DNA of 64,000 nucleotides from Hyalangium minutum (GTDB lineage Bacteria; Myxococcota; Myxococcia; Myxococcales; Myxococcaceae): NCBI RefSeq assembly GCF_000737315.1, contig NZ_JMCB01000001.1, positions 1 to 64,000 of the forward strand, read 5' to 3'. Shown piece by piece: positions 1 to 8,564 of this stretch (position 1 is its first letter; each line of letters starts with the position of its first letter). The notes under the pieces were generated by a model. It saw only the letters and a program-made list of their open reading frames with translations, ran no database searches and was not told where the DNA came from. The position numbers and the translations under genes were made by a program.

Positions 1-953
1 AAGGCGGGCTGGAAGGCATCCGGGTTGCGCTGAGCCAGGGCGCGGTAGAATTCCACCGCCTCCTGCGTGGCCGCCAGGGCCTCCTCGCGCCGCCCCAGCT
101 CGCTCAACCTGGTGCCCAGGTTGTTGAGGCTCATCGCCAAGTCGGGCTGGAAGGCATCCGGGTTGCGCTGAGCCAGGGCGCGTCGGAGGACCACCGCCTC
201 CTGCGTGGCCGCCAGGGCCTCCTCGCGCCGCCCCAGCTCGCTCAACATGGCGCCCAGGTTGTTGAGGCTCATGGCTAAGGCGGGCTGGAAGGCATCCGGG
301 TTGCGCTGAGCCAGGGCGCGGTAGAATTCCACCGCCTCCTGCGTGGCCGCCAGGGCCTCCTCGCGCCGCCCCAGCTCGCTCAACCTGTTGCCCAGGTTAT
401 TGAGGCAGCCAGCCAAGTCGGGCTGGAAGGCATCCGGGTTGCGCTGAGCCAGGGCGCGGTAGAATTCCACCGCCTCCTGCGTGGCCGCCAGGGCCTCCTC
501 GCGCCGCCCCAGCCCGCTCAACATGGCGCCCAGGTTGTTGAGGCAGCCAGCCAAGTCGGGCTGGAAGGCATCCGGGTTGCGCTGAGCCAGGGCGCGTCGG
601 AGGACCACCGCCTCCTGCGTGGCCGCCAGGGCCTCCTCGCGCCGCCCCAGCTCGCTCAACATGGCGCCCAGGTTGTTGAAGCAGCCAGCCAAGTCGGGCT
701 GGAAGGCATCCGGGTTGCGCTGAGCCAGGGCGCGGTAGAGTTCCACCGCCTCCTGCGTGGCCGCCAGGGCCTCCTCGCGCCGCCCCAGCTCGCTCAAACT
801 GACGCCCAGGTTGTTGAGGCTCATAGCCAAGTCGGGCTGGAAGGCATCCGGGTTGCGCTGAGCCAGGGCGCGTCGGAGGACCACCGCCTCCTGCGTGGCC
901 ACCAGGGCCTCCTCGCGCCGCCCCAGCTCGCTCAACCTGACGCCCAGGTTGTT
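1..953 (-). repeat. Tandem 138-bp (46-aa) near-identical TPR-encoding repeats, about 7 units visible
   Basis: The motif tcctgcgtgg recurs at 61, 199, 337, 475, 613, 751 and 889 (period 138). Confidence 0.95.
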
Positions 954-3593
954 TTGAAGACGTGCCCGCTCCGCGAGTTCTCCTTCCTTCTCCAATACAC
1001 CTGGCTTCTTAAGGAAGGTGCGAGCGATCCACTTAGCCGCGCTTCGAAGCGACACTGCCAACCGGGTGCCCCAGGTGTTTTGAAGACGTGCCTGCTCCAC
1101 CAGCACGCCTTCCTCCTCCGTTACGCCGAGCCCCTTCAGGCGGGAGCGTTCAATCCACTCCGCCACTCTTAAAAGTGACACGGTGGGGTGAGGGATACCT
1201 GCCGCCTCAAGTTCCACTGCGAGAGAGCTGTCCCCATGCGCTTCGAGCTGCTCTGCGAGCACATCACCTAGGACCGAGAACGCGGTATGCAGGCCCACGG
1301 CCTTTGCTGACTCGAAGGCAAGCCGTGCCCGCTCTTGCAGTGAATGAGCAAGAAGCTGTTCGATCCAAAGGCGCGCCACCTCAGGCTTCGTGGCGGATGC
1401 ACGGCCCAACACTTCGAACCCGTGCCCTACAGCAGCGGTTCCTTCTTCGACTGGAAACACCCGATGAATCCAATCAGGAGGGAGGCGCTCCTCCCCTTGT
1501 CTTGAGGCCGCTCGGAGCACCATTCCCTCGCCGAGCAAGTCTGGCTCCAAGGGCGGGAGGAACACCGGATGGTCCGAGTCCTTGCGCTCATAGACGCGGT
1601 GAAGCAGCCGGGGCAGTTCCTGCTCATGGTCCGTCAGCGGGTGCCCGAAGATCCGCCCAGCGGCCTGTTCGGTCGCGTCAACCTCCGCGAATCCTCCACG
1701 AAGCGTCGCGGCTGCAACGATCTGGCGAGCCTTGGTTCTCCAAAATGCGTGCGCCACGTCATTCAACTGGGCCTGCGCTTCCCAGAAGCGCTCCTCATGG
1801 TCGAGGACAACCTCCATCAGCGTGTTGGCCTTGAACTCCAGGCCTTCCACCGCGGCGAGCGCGGCCATGTGCAAGTAGAGCACCCGTTCAAAGTGCTCAT
1901 CGGCCAGCGGGGGTATCGGGCGCGGCGTGTACGCCTTGCGCTGGGCTTTGGCGAACCACTCCGCAGCCTCGCGGAACACCTGCTCTCGCTCCACTTTCTG
2001 GGGGGCGAGCGGTGCCAGTTCATAAGGCGGCACAGTGTTGAGCCATGCCCCCAACGCCGCGTCGGACTGGCACAGCGCCTGCCACCAGTCTCCCGCGTTG
2101 CGCGCCAGCAGCAGCAGCCGTATCCGGCGAAGCGAACTCGAACTCTCTTGCTGGGCATAGCGCAGCACTTGCAAGAGCGCCGTCCGCAGGTGCGGGTGAC
2201 TCTCCGCATAGTCGACGACGACAACCACCGGCTGCCCCAACGCACAGAGCTTCTCGAACCAATCCTCGCTCACCCCATTGGCCAGGAAGCCCGCGGCCCA
2301 CCGGTGGCTTCGGGGGCCGAGCCACTCGATGGCCAGCCGCGTCTTGCCCACGCCTCCTTCCGCATGAATCAACCGGACCGACACGGGGGGACCCTCGCCG
2401 CACCAGCGATCCAGTTCCTGGAGGATCGACTCGCGTCCCTGCTCACGGAAGGGGACGACCTGGTAGCGCGCCTGGAGGAGCGTGGAGGGAGGCGGATTCT
2501 GCGGCAGCGTCCCGGTTCCGCTCACCAGGAGGTCATCGACGCCGGGGATGCGGTCCACATCGAGGTGGTCACGCAGGAACGCAATCAGGCACTCGGCGGA
2601 GGCCCGGGCGGCGAACTCCTTGAAGTGGTCATCCCGGCCGGAGTTGGCGAAGTCCATCACGCCCTTCATCACCACCGCATCGAGCTTCTTGTCTCGCTGG
2701 GTATGGGCCACGGCACCGAGGGCCGCCGCCTCCATCTCCAAGCCCAGCGTCTTGCGCATGGATTCAGAGATGAAGGTCCAGATCTTCTCATCCTCGACCA
2801 CCTGGCTGCCGCTGCCCATCGGCGCGACATGGACCTTGAACGGAAGCACCGCCCCCTCCGGAGAGAGGTCGGGGAAGCGCTGGCGGTGCTTGATCAGGAG
2901 TGCCTGGATGCGCGTGCGCCCGCTGTCCGTGAGGGAGAGCGTGCCGTGCTCCACGCAGCCCGTCTTCCAAAGGTCCTCGATGACCTTCTCCCACTGGGGG
3001 CAGTACACGTCGCACTCCGGGAGCGCGGAGGGATCCGCGACACCCTGGTGCAGCTGGGCCAGCACCCAGTTCTCCTGCCACGCGTAGGGGATGGGACGTT
3101 TCTTCCACCAGGCCTCGTCCCGAAACCGACTGGAGAAGTCGAGGTGCTCGATCGCCTGCTTCCAGTCGCCGCGGAGGTTGTACGTCTTGAGATCCTGCTC
3201 CACGCGGTCGGGCAGTCTTTTGCCCGTGTCGTGGAAGAACAGCCGCTCCGCCGCGACCACATCCCCGAGGTTCGTCTTGCCCGAGCGCCCCGCGCACACG
3301 CCGCACATCGCCACGCACCGAGGCTGATAAGCTTCCACCAGAGGGAGCAGCGCGTTCGTCGCCGCTTCACTCCCCATGTCTTCCGCCTGGGCCAGCGCCA
3401 CCCGCAGCGGTCGGCCGCCCTGGCCTCGGAAGGTGCGGAACGCCACCCGGAGCCCGTTGGGCCCCCGCTCCTCCTCCCAATGGCTGCCTTCCCAGGCGCC
3501 AGCCTCGACCTGCTTCGCGGCCTGGTACTCCAGTGGGATCGCCGTGAGGATCACCACGTGGGCCCAGCGTCTCTTCACCTCACTCGGAGACAT
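1..3593 (-). CDS. NLR-like STAND protein: PNP/MTA-SAH nucleosidase domain + P-loop NTPase + C-terminal TPR array (3' end outside window)
   Basis: Manual translation from ATG at 3593 (MSPSEVKRRWAHVVILTAIPLEY) stays in the same register as the TPR codons at position 3; I met no stop. PNP motifs CGVCAG, LGDVV, PMGSG, GLEMEAAALG, KGVMDFAN; Walker A HAEGGVGKT; Walker B VVVVDYAE; TPRs LNNLGxxLSELGRREEAL. Absent from the ORF track because it is truncated by the edge. Confidence 0.85.
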   Translation of the reverse strand, partial: MSPSEVKRRWAHVVILTAIPLEYQAAKQVEAGAWEGSHWEEERGPNGLRVAFRTFRGQGGRPLRVALAQAEDMGSEAATNALLPLVEAYQPRCVAMCGVCAGRSGKTNLGDVVAAERLFFHDTGKRLPDRVEQDLKTYNLRGDWKQAIEHLDFSSRFRDEAWWKKRPIPYAWQENWVLAQLHQGVADPSALPECDVYCPQWEKVIEDLWKTGCVEHGTLSLTDSGRTRIQALLIKHRQRFPDLSPEGAVLPFKVHVAPMGSGSQVVEDEKIWTFISESMRKTLGLEMEAAALGAVAHTQRDKKLDAVVMKGVMDFANSGRDDHFKEFAARASAECLIAFLRDHLDVDRIPGVDDLLVSGTGTLPQNPPPSTLLQARYQVVPFREQGRESILQELDRWCGEGPPVSVRLIHAEGGVGKTRLAIEWLGPRSHRWAAGFLANGVSEDWFEKLCALGQPVVVVVDYAESHPHLRTALLQVLRYAQQESSSSLRRIRLLLLARNAGDWWQALCQSDAALGAWLNTVPPYELAPLAPQKVEREQVFREAAEWFAKAQRKAYTPRPIPPLADEHFERVLYLHMAALAAVEGLEFKANTLMEVVLDHEERFWEAQAQLNDVAHAFWRTKARQIVAAATLRGGFAEVDATEQAAGRIFGHPLTDHEQELPRLLHRVYERKDSDHPVFLPPLEPDLLGEGMVLRAASRQGEERLPPDWIHRVFPVEEGTAAVGHGFEVLGRASATKPEVARLWIEQLLAHSLQERARLAFESAKAVGLHTAFSVLGDVLAEQLEAHGDSSLAVELEAAGIPHPTVSLLRVAEWIERSRLKGLGVTEEEGVLVEQARLQNTWGTRLAVSLRSAAKWIARTFLKKPGVLEKEGELAERARLQNNLGVRLSELGRREEALVATQEAVVLRRALAQRNPDAFQPDLAMSLNNLGVSLSELGRREEALAATQEAVELYRALAQRNPDAFQPDLAGCFNNLGAMLSELGRREEALAATQEAVVLRRALAQRNPDAFQPDLAGCLNNLGAMLSGLGRREEALAATQEAVEFYRALAQRNPDAFQPDLAGCLNNLGNRLSELGRREEALAATQEAVEFYRALAQRNPDAFQPALAMSLNNLGAMLSELGRREEALAATQEAVVLRRALAQRNPDAFQPDLAMSLNNLGTRLSELGRREEALAATQEAVEFYRALAQRNPDAFQPA

Positions 3594-3783
3594 GGTCGGA
3601 AGCGTACCGCCAGTGTCGGTGCCTCACCACTGATGGGCGCGCACAAACTGGACCGAGAGATGCTCAAGACCAGGGTGCGCATGGGCGGCGTGCAGATGAT
3701 CGACGTTCAGCCCGACGAGCTGAGCCTGGCGGCGGTGAACCGTTACCTGGACATCAAGGCGCGCGGGGTACTGTAGCGCACCC

Positions 3784-4761
3784 GTGGGCTATGTTCGCGG
3801 CATGCTCTTTACTGCTGCGGCCATGGTCACGCTCTCCTTGCTCACCGCATCCCCCGAAGACTCACTGGTCGGACGCTGGGGTGTCACGGAGGGGAAGAAG
3901 CCGCGCGTCATCCTCGATCTCCCGCCGAACAGGCTGGCCCAACTGGTCGTCAGCGCGGGCATCTGGACCGCCACCGAGAAAGAGATCCAGCTGGTCAACC
4001 CAGACAGGCCCGACAAGCCGTATGTCATGCCCTATTCGTTCGAGGGGGAGAAGCTGAAGGTCATCCTCGACAAGTCACCGGTCACGCTGGATCGCCTGGA
4101 AGCGCCTCCCGAGTACAAAGCCCCGAAGGCGAGCGAGCCGCCCCAGCTCCTCACCCACGGCTTCGTCAAGGCGGGCTCGGACGTGTACACGCTGGCGCAT
4201 CACGACGGCGGGTTCATGGCCATCAGCGCAAACACCTGGGCGCATGTCCCGGGAGCCAGCGCCGCATCCTTCGAGGGGCTCGCGAAGGGCGTCGGCAAGG
4301 ACGCGAGCGCTGTGTATTGCTTCAAGGACCACGGCGGCCGGGAGCAGCCCTCACGGCTCGAGGCCGCGGATCCCAAGACGTTCCGCGTCCTCTTTGGCAC
4401 TGGCCGCATCTACTTCGCCGATGCGCAGAACGTCTTCACGGAGTGCAGCCGGCTCGTCAAGCGTGAGCGGTCCAAGGGGAAGACGCGGCTGACCTCCTTC
4501 GACACCCAGACGTTCGCGCTCGGGCCCTGTGCCCTCTTGAAGGACCGCTCGGGCGCGTACGCGGCCGTGCCTCTCTCAGACGCCTTCGCCGATCCGTCGA
4601 AGATGAAGGAAGTGCTCGCGGTCCAGGAGGAGCTCACCCGGCGGCAGCTCTGGGTCTACGAGAAGGTGAGCGGGAACGTGGACGCGCTCTCGGAGCAAGG
4701 CTGCGACAAGCTCCCGACCCCTGCTCCGCTCACCCTGGAGGATCTGGCCTCCGGGCGCTGA
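3784..4761 (+). CDS. Secreted protein with DKNYY-like repeats
   Basis: Hydrophobic N-terminus; repeated KDxxxVY / DAQNVF / KDRSGAY motifs. Start may be 3802 or 3823. Confidence 0.55.
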   Translation: MGYVRGMLFTAAAMVTLSLLTASPEDSLVGRWGVTEGKKPRVILDLPPNRLAQLVVSAGIWTATEKEIQLVNPDRPDKPYVMPYSFEGEKLKVILDKSPVTLDRLEAPPEYKAPKASEPPQLLTHGFVKAGSDVYTLAHHDGGFMAISANTWAHVPGASAASFEGLAKGVGKDASAVYCFKDHGGREQPSRLEAADPKTFRVLFGTGRIYFADAQNVFTECSRLVKRERSKGKTRLTSFDTQTFALGPCALLKDRSGAYAAVPLSDAFADPSKMKEVLAVQEELTRRQLWVYEKVSGNVDALSEQGCDKLPTPAPLTLEDLASGR

Positions 4762-5556
4762 TCAGCCCCACAGGTAGTGCCCCATCAGGGTGCGCCACTT
4801 GGGCTGCTGCATCACCGGCCACAGCGGGCCCGTCATGAAGTAGGGCTTGTTCGTGTGCTGGACCACGACCTGAGCATTCGTGTTCGCGTAAGGCTCGTTC
4901 GCGACAAAGACGACGTGGTAGGAGAAGCTCCACTGCCCATTGTTCCTGTCCCGGAACCCGAAGACGCTCGTGGTGGAGCTCTTCACCCCATTGGGGGCCA
5001 GGTAGAACTCCGGCAGGAGTGCTTGGGTGGTCCCCTTTTTGATCATCTGCTGGAACCTCGCGTAGAACGTGCTCCGGCGCTGGTAGCGCACCGTGTCCTT
5101 GAGCGCGTGTTGCTCCGGGTCCAAGTAGTAGTTCGAGTGGTAGACGGTAGGGGTTGTTCGTTCGCCCGTGGCAAAGAACGCGCAGCCATTCATTGGCGCC
5201 GTGAAGAAGAAGTTCGCGCGGTCTCCGAGCGTCATGGAGTAGGACTTGTTCGTGTCCCACGGCAGGTAGTACGCGGTGAGCGCGGGAGCATCCTGGCCTG
5301 TGGCCGCCGTGACGCTGTGAACACCTCGCTCGGTGGTCATCACCTTCATGCCCCGGACCTCCTGCGCGGAGGTGAGGTTGTAGATCTCGTGATCCTGATC
5401 GTTGTGCTTGGCCTGCAAGAGGCTGAGGAGCTGCTTGCTCTGGACGCGCGCCCCTAGCGGAGCCTGCGCGGTCACCTCCAAGGCATTCTGTCGCAAGAAG
5501 GCGACGCCGTGCTGGACGTACTCCTGGCCTCGGTCCCGAGCACGGAAGTCACTCAT
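4762..5556 (-). CDS. Putative Cys-His deamidase-fold toxin (CNF1/BLF1/CheD-like)
   Basis: YYLPW...FFFTAPMNGCAF...VYHSN...VFGFRD...WSFSY. The GC motif followed by a downstream YH resembles the CNF1-type catalytic pair. ATG at 5556 preferred over the GTG at 5577. Confidence 0.55.
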   Translation of the reverse strand: MSDFRARDRGQEYVQHGVAFLRQNALEVTAQAPLGARVQSKQLLSLLQAKHNDQDHEIYNLTSAQEVRGMKVMTTERGVHSVTAATGQDAPALTAYYLPWDTNKSYSMTLGDRANFFFTAPMNGCAFFATGERTTPTVYHSNYYLDPEQHALKDTVRYQRRSTFYARFQQMIKKGTTQALLPEFYLAPNGVKSSTTSVFGFRDRNNGQWSFSYHVVFVANEPYANTNAQVVVQHTNKPYFMTGPLWPVMQQPKWRTLMGHYLWG

Positions 5557-5663
5557 TCCCTTGGGCAACTCGAACACTGGCGCTCTCCTGGGTTACCGAG
5601 TCTTGCGCTCTCGGGCCCAGCCATTCTTCGAGGCGCCCCAGTGGGGGGCAACTTTCTGGCGGC

Positions 5664-6656
5664 CTAGGAGGCCTCAGCGCGCCGGGCCCGCAGGAAGTCC
5701 GAGCACAGGTACGCGTAGACGCCCGAGCCCACCACCAGCGCGAAGCTGATCTTGAACGCCACCGACAGCTTCGGCGGGTGGATCTGCGACACCGTGCCCT
5801 CGATGAACCCCGCGAGCACGAACAGCGCCAGCGTGCCGAACAGCAGCTTCACCGCCGTCACCGCTTCCTGCCGCAGCGCCAGCCCCCGAGGCAGTCCCTT
5901 GGGCGCCGCCAGGCCCCGCGCGATCACGAGCCCCGCTGCTCCCGCAATACAGATGGCCGTAATCTCCGGAATGCCGTGCGGGAGGATCCACGCCCAGAAC
6001 CACCCCGTCATCCCCTTCGCGGCGTAGACCTGGGCCAGCGCGCCCAGGAACAGCCCGTTCACGAAGAGCATCACCGCCGTGCCAATGCCCACCGTGATGC
6101 CCAGCGCGAACGCCAGGAAGGCCACCTGGATGTTGTGCGTGAACAGGTACGACGAGAAGTAGGCCTGCTCGTCCACCGTCATGCCCTCGCCCTTGGCCTC
6201 CTTCTCGGCGCGCTCGACCGGATCGAGCTTTAGGTGATCCCCCGGCACCAGGTAGTGCGCGCCGTCCGGGTCCATCGTCATGCCCAGGTAGCCAAACCCC
6301 ATGCCCGCCATGAACATCAGCACCGAGGCGATGTACATGCGCCACTCCCGCCGCAGCAGCGCCGGGAACCCCCGCGAGACGAAGCCCCACACGTCCGCGA
6401 AGCGCGGCCGCTTGCCCGGGTACGTCAGCGCGTAGGCTCGGCCCACCAAGTCATTCAGGTAGGCGCTCACGTCCGCCGAGCCGCTGCGCGCGCGCACCCA
6501 CAGCAGATCGCTCGACACCGCCCGGTACATCTTCCCCAGCGAGCGAGCGTCCTCCAGGCTGAGCGCCCGCAGGCCCTCGCCCTCGGCCTTGTCGAGCAAG
6601 GCCTCCAACTTCTCCCAGCGGGGACGCCGCGACTCGATGAACTCGGCCACTTCCAT
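5664..6656 (-). CDS. Stage II sporulation protein M (SpoIIM/DUF95) family membrane protein
   Basis: Start MEVAEFIESRRPRW; LFTHNIQVAF, ILPHGIPEITAI and AGFIEG motifs; multiple TM segments. Confidence 0.85.
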   Translation of the reverse strand: MEVAEFIESRRPRWEKLEALLDKAEGEGLRALSLEDARSLGKMYRAVSSDLLWVRARSGSADVSAYLNDLVGRAYALTYPGKRPRFADVWGFVSRGFPALLRREWRMYIASVLMFMAGMGFGYLGMTMDPDGAHYLVPGDHLKLDPVERAEKEAKGEGMTVDEQAYFSSYLFTHNIQVAFLAFALGITVGIGTAVMLFVNGLFLGALAQVYAAKGMTGWFWAWILPHGIPEITAICIAGAAGLVIARGLAAPKGLPRGLALRQEAVTAVKLLFGTLALFVLAGFIEGTVSQIHPPKLSVAFKISFALVVGSGVYAYLCSDFLRARRAEAS

Positions 6657-6705
6657 GGGGGCCGACTTTAGCCCAGGCGGAACCTGGACACGGATGGGCG
6701 GACGT

Positions 6706-6748
6706 AAAAAGGGGCGGGTCCCGTGCTGGGTCCCACCCCTCTTCACTT
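6706..6748 (-). terminator. Probable intrinsic terminator after the nucleotidase-like gene
   Basis: GC-rich imperfect inverted repeat (aggggcgggtcc...ggtcccacccct) with an A run on +, i.e. a U tail on -. Confidence 0.45.
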
Positions 6749-6771
6749 CAGCCCCGCGGCAGAGCGCCGGA

Positions 6772-8349
6772 CTACTTGGGCAGCGCCTTCTCGACGGGCT
6801 TGGCGTCGGTGGACTTCTGCCCCTTGGTCCACTCGATGACCGGCGTCTGCCAGGCCATGCCCGTCTCCGTCGGCTCGGGGTCCAGCTTCTCGAACTCGAA
6901 GCCGTCACCGCCGAAGTAGAGGTACTCGATGGTGGCCACCGTGTACTCCTTCTTCGGATCCAGCGGCTTGCCCTTGGCGTCCTTGAACTTGCCCTTGCCC
7001 GCGGCGGTGAAGCCCGAGATGAGCGCCTCGGGGTTGGAGAGCTGGTTCGCCAGGTCCGCGCCCTTCACCTTCATCAGCATCAGCGAGTTCTCGAACGGAA
7101 GCACCGAGTAGACGCTGCCCACGGTGATCGGCCCGGCGGGCAGATCCCCACGGATGCCCTTCTTGTTGATGATGACCGCGTCGGCCTTCGTGCCCTCGCG
7201 CATCGAACCGGCCACCCAGCGCGCCATCTCCGGCGTGCCCGCCTTGAGGCCCTTCTTCGTGACGCCGATCTGCTCGCCCAGCCGCGCGTCCAGCTGCGTC
7301 TTCGCATCGCCAATCGCCTTCACCGCCTCGGCGTCCGGCGTCCCTGCGCCCGCCACGTCCACCAGCTTCGTCTCGATGCCGGTCACCTTCTCGGCCGCCG
7401 GCTTCGACGGATCGAAGGTGATGCGCGCGCGCAGGTACTTCTCCAGGCCGCGGCCCAGGGAGACCAGCGCCGTGTCACCCACCTTGGTGTCGATCTGCGT
7501 GCCGCAGCGGCCACCGCCCACCACCAGCGCCAGCTTCCAGTCCGCGTGCTTCTCCAGCGTGGGCTGCAGCTCGGTGGGGCACATGTCCGCCAGCACCACC
7601 ACCACGTCCGCGCCCGCCTTGCGAGCCTCCGGCACCGCCGCCGCGAGCGCCTCCTCGGTGCCCACCAACTCCACGCCCTCGGCGCGGCCCGCCATGGCGG
7701 CCGTCACCGTCTTGGGCGACGTCAGGCCCACCACGCCCACCTTGAGGCCCTTGCGGTCGAACACCTTGAACGCCGGCACATCCATGCCCTTGGCCAGCGC
7801 GGCGTCCTTCACCTTCAGGTTGGCCGCCAGGAACGGGAACCCGCCGATCTTCGCGTTCTTGAGGAACTGCTCACGGCCGAAGTCCAGCTCGTGGTTGCCC
7901 AGCGCCGAGGCCGCGTAGCCCATGCGCGCCATCACCGTGGCGGTGGACTCGCCCACGAAGAAGGACGAGAGCGCCGGGCCGCTCCAGTGGTCGCCCGTGG
8001 CCAGCGCCAGCGTCGCCGAGTCCGCGCACGAAGCCTGGCCATCCGCCTTCACCGGGCCCGCGCAGTGCTTGTCCTCGGCCACCCAGCGGCCGAGCACCTC
8101 GGCGGCGCCGCCCTTGGCCTGGTCACCCTCGCCCACGGGCAGAAGCTGGCCACCCACGCCGCCGGTGATCAGCAGGGTCACCACCTGGGGCTCCGCCGGC
8201 TTGGCGGGAGCGGCCGCGGCCGCGTCACCCGCCGCGGGCTGGCCGGCCTTGTCCGTAACCGCGGGCGGCTGGGGCTGGCCACCCTTGTCGCCACAGGCCG
8301 TCACGCTCGCCAAGAGCAGGAAGGCCAGGGCTGCGGGCAGGGTCCTCAC
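6772..8349 (-). CDS. 5'-nucleotidase/metallophosphatase family lipoprotein, metal ligands partly lost
   Basis: Lipobox VTAC; GD and LGNHELDFG motifs; C-terminal 5_nucleotid_C signature (GGIR-like KKGIRG, LPFENSL, GGDGF). GTG start at 8349 inferred; ORF track start is 8421. Confidence 0.8.
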   Translation of the reverse strand: MRTLPAALAFLLLASVTACGDKGGQPQPPAVTDKAGQPAAGDAAAAAPAKPAEPQVVTLLITGGVGGQLLPVGEGDQAKGGAAEVLGRWVAEDKHCAGPVKADGQASCADSATLALATGDHWSGPALSSFFVGESTATVMARMGYAASALGNHELDFGREQFLKNAKIGGFPFLAANLKVKDAALAKGMDVPAFKVFDRKGLKVGVVGLTSPKTVTAAMAGRAEGVELVGTEEALAAAVPEARKAGADVVVVLADMCPTELQPTLEKHADWKLALVVGGGRCGTQIDTKVGDTALVSLGRGLEKYLRARITFDPSKPAAEKVTGIETKLVDVAGAGTPDAEAVKAIGDAKTQLDARLGEQIGVTKKGLKAGTPEMARWVAGSMREGTKADAVIINKKGIRGDLPAGPITVGSVYSVLPFENSLMLMKVKGADLANQLSNPEALISGFTAAGKGKFKDAKGKPLDPKKEYTVATIEYLYFGGDGFEFEKLDPEPTETGMAWQTPVIEWTKGQKSTDAKPVEKALPK

Positions 8350-8564
8350 GGCGCGAGCGCCGCGGGGAGCGAAAGGGGAAGACTCACGACAAAGAGCAGC
8401 TTGGAGGGAGTTCGGGCTCACGGGCGCGCCTCTAGCACATTCCCGAGGGACCAGACAGGCTCCGAGTGGCCCTTGGCGCCTGTGGTACCGTCCCGGCCGT
8501 GTTCGAGCGGAAGGGGCAGGACGGTGCGTTGCAAGCGACCCCGGCCTCCGAGCGTAGAGGGTCC

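Noticed and set aside
1-953. Regular repeats as a possible CRISPR array
   Set aside because: 138-bp in-frame coding units with no unique spacers and no cas genes.
1569-3776. 735-aa plus-strand ORF
   Set aside because: Antisense shadow in the same codon register as the real minus-strand PNP-STAND-TPR gene; no recognisable motifs.
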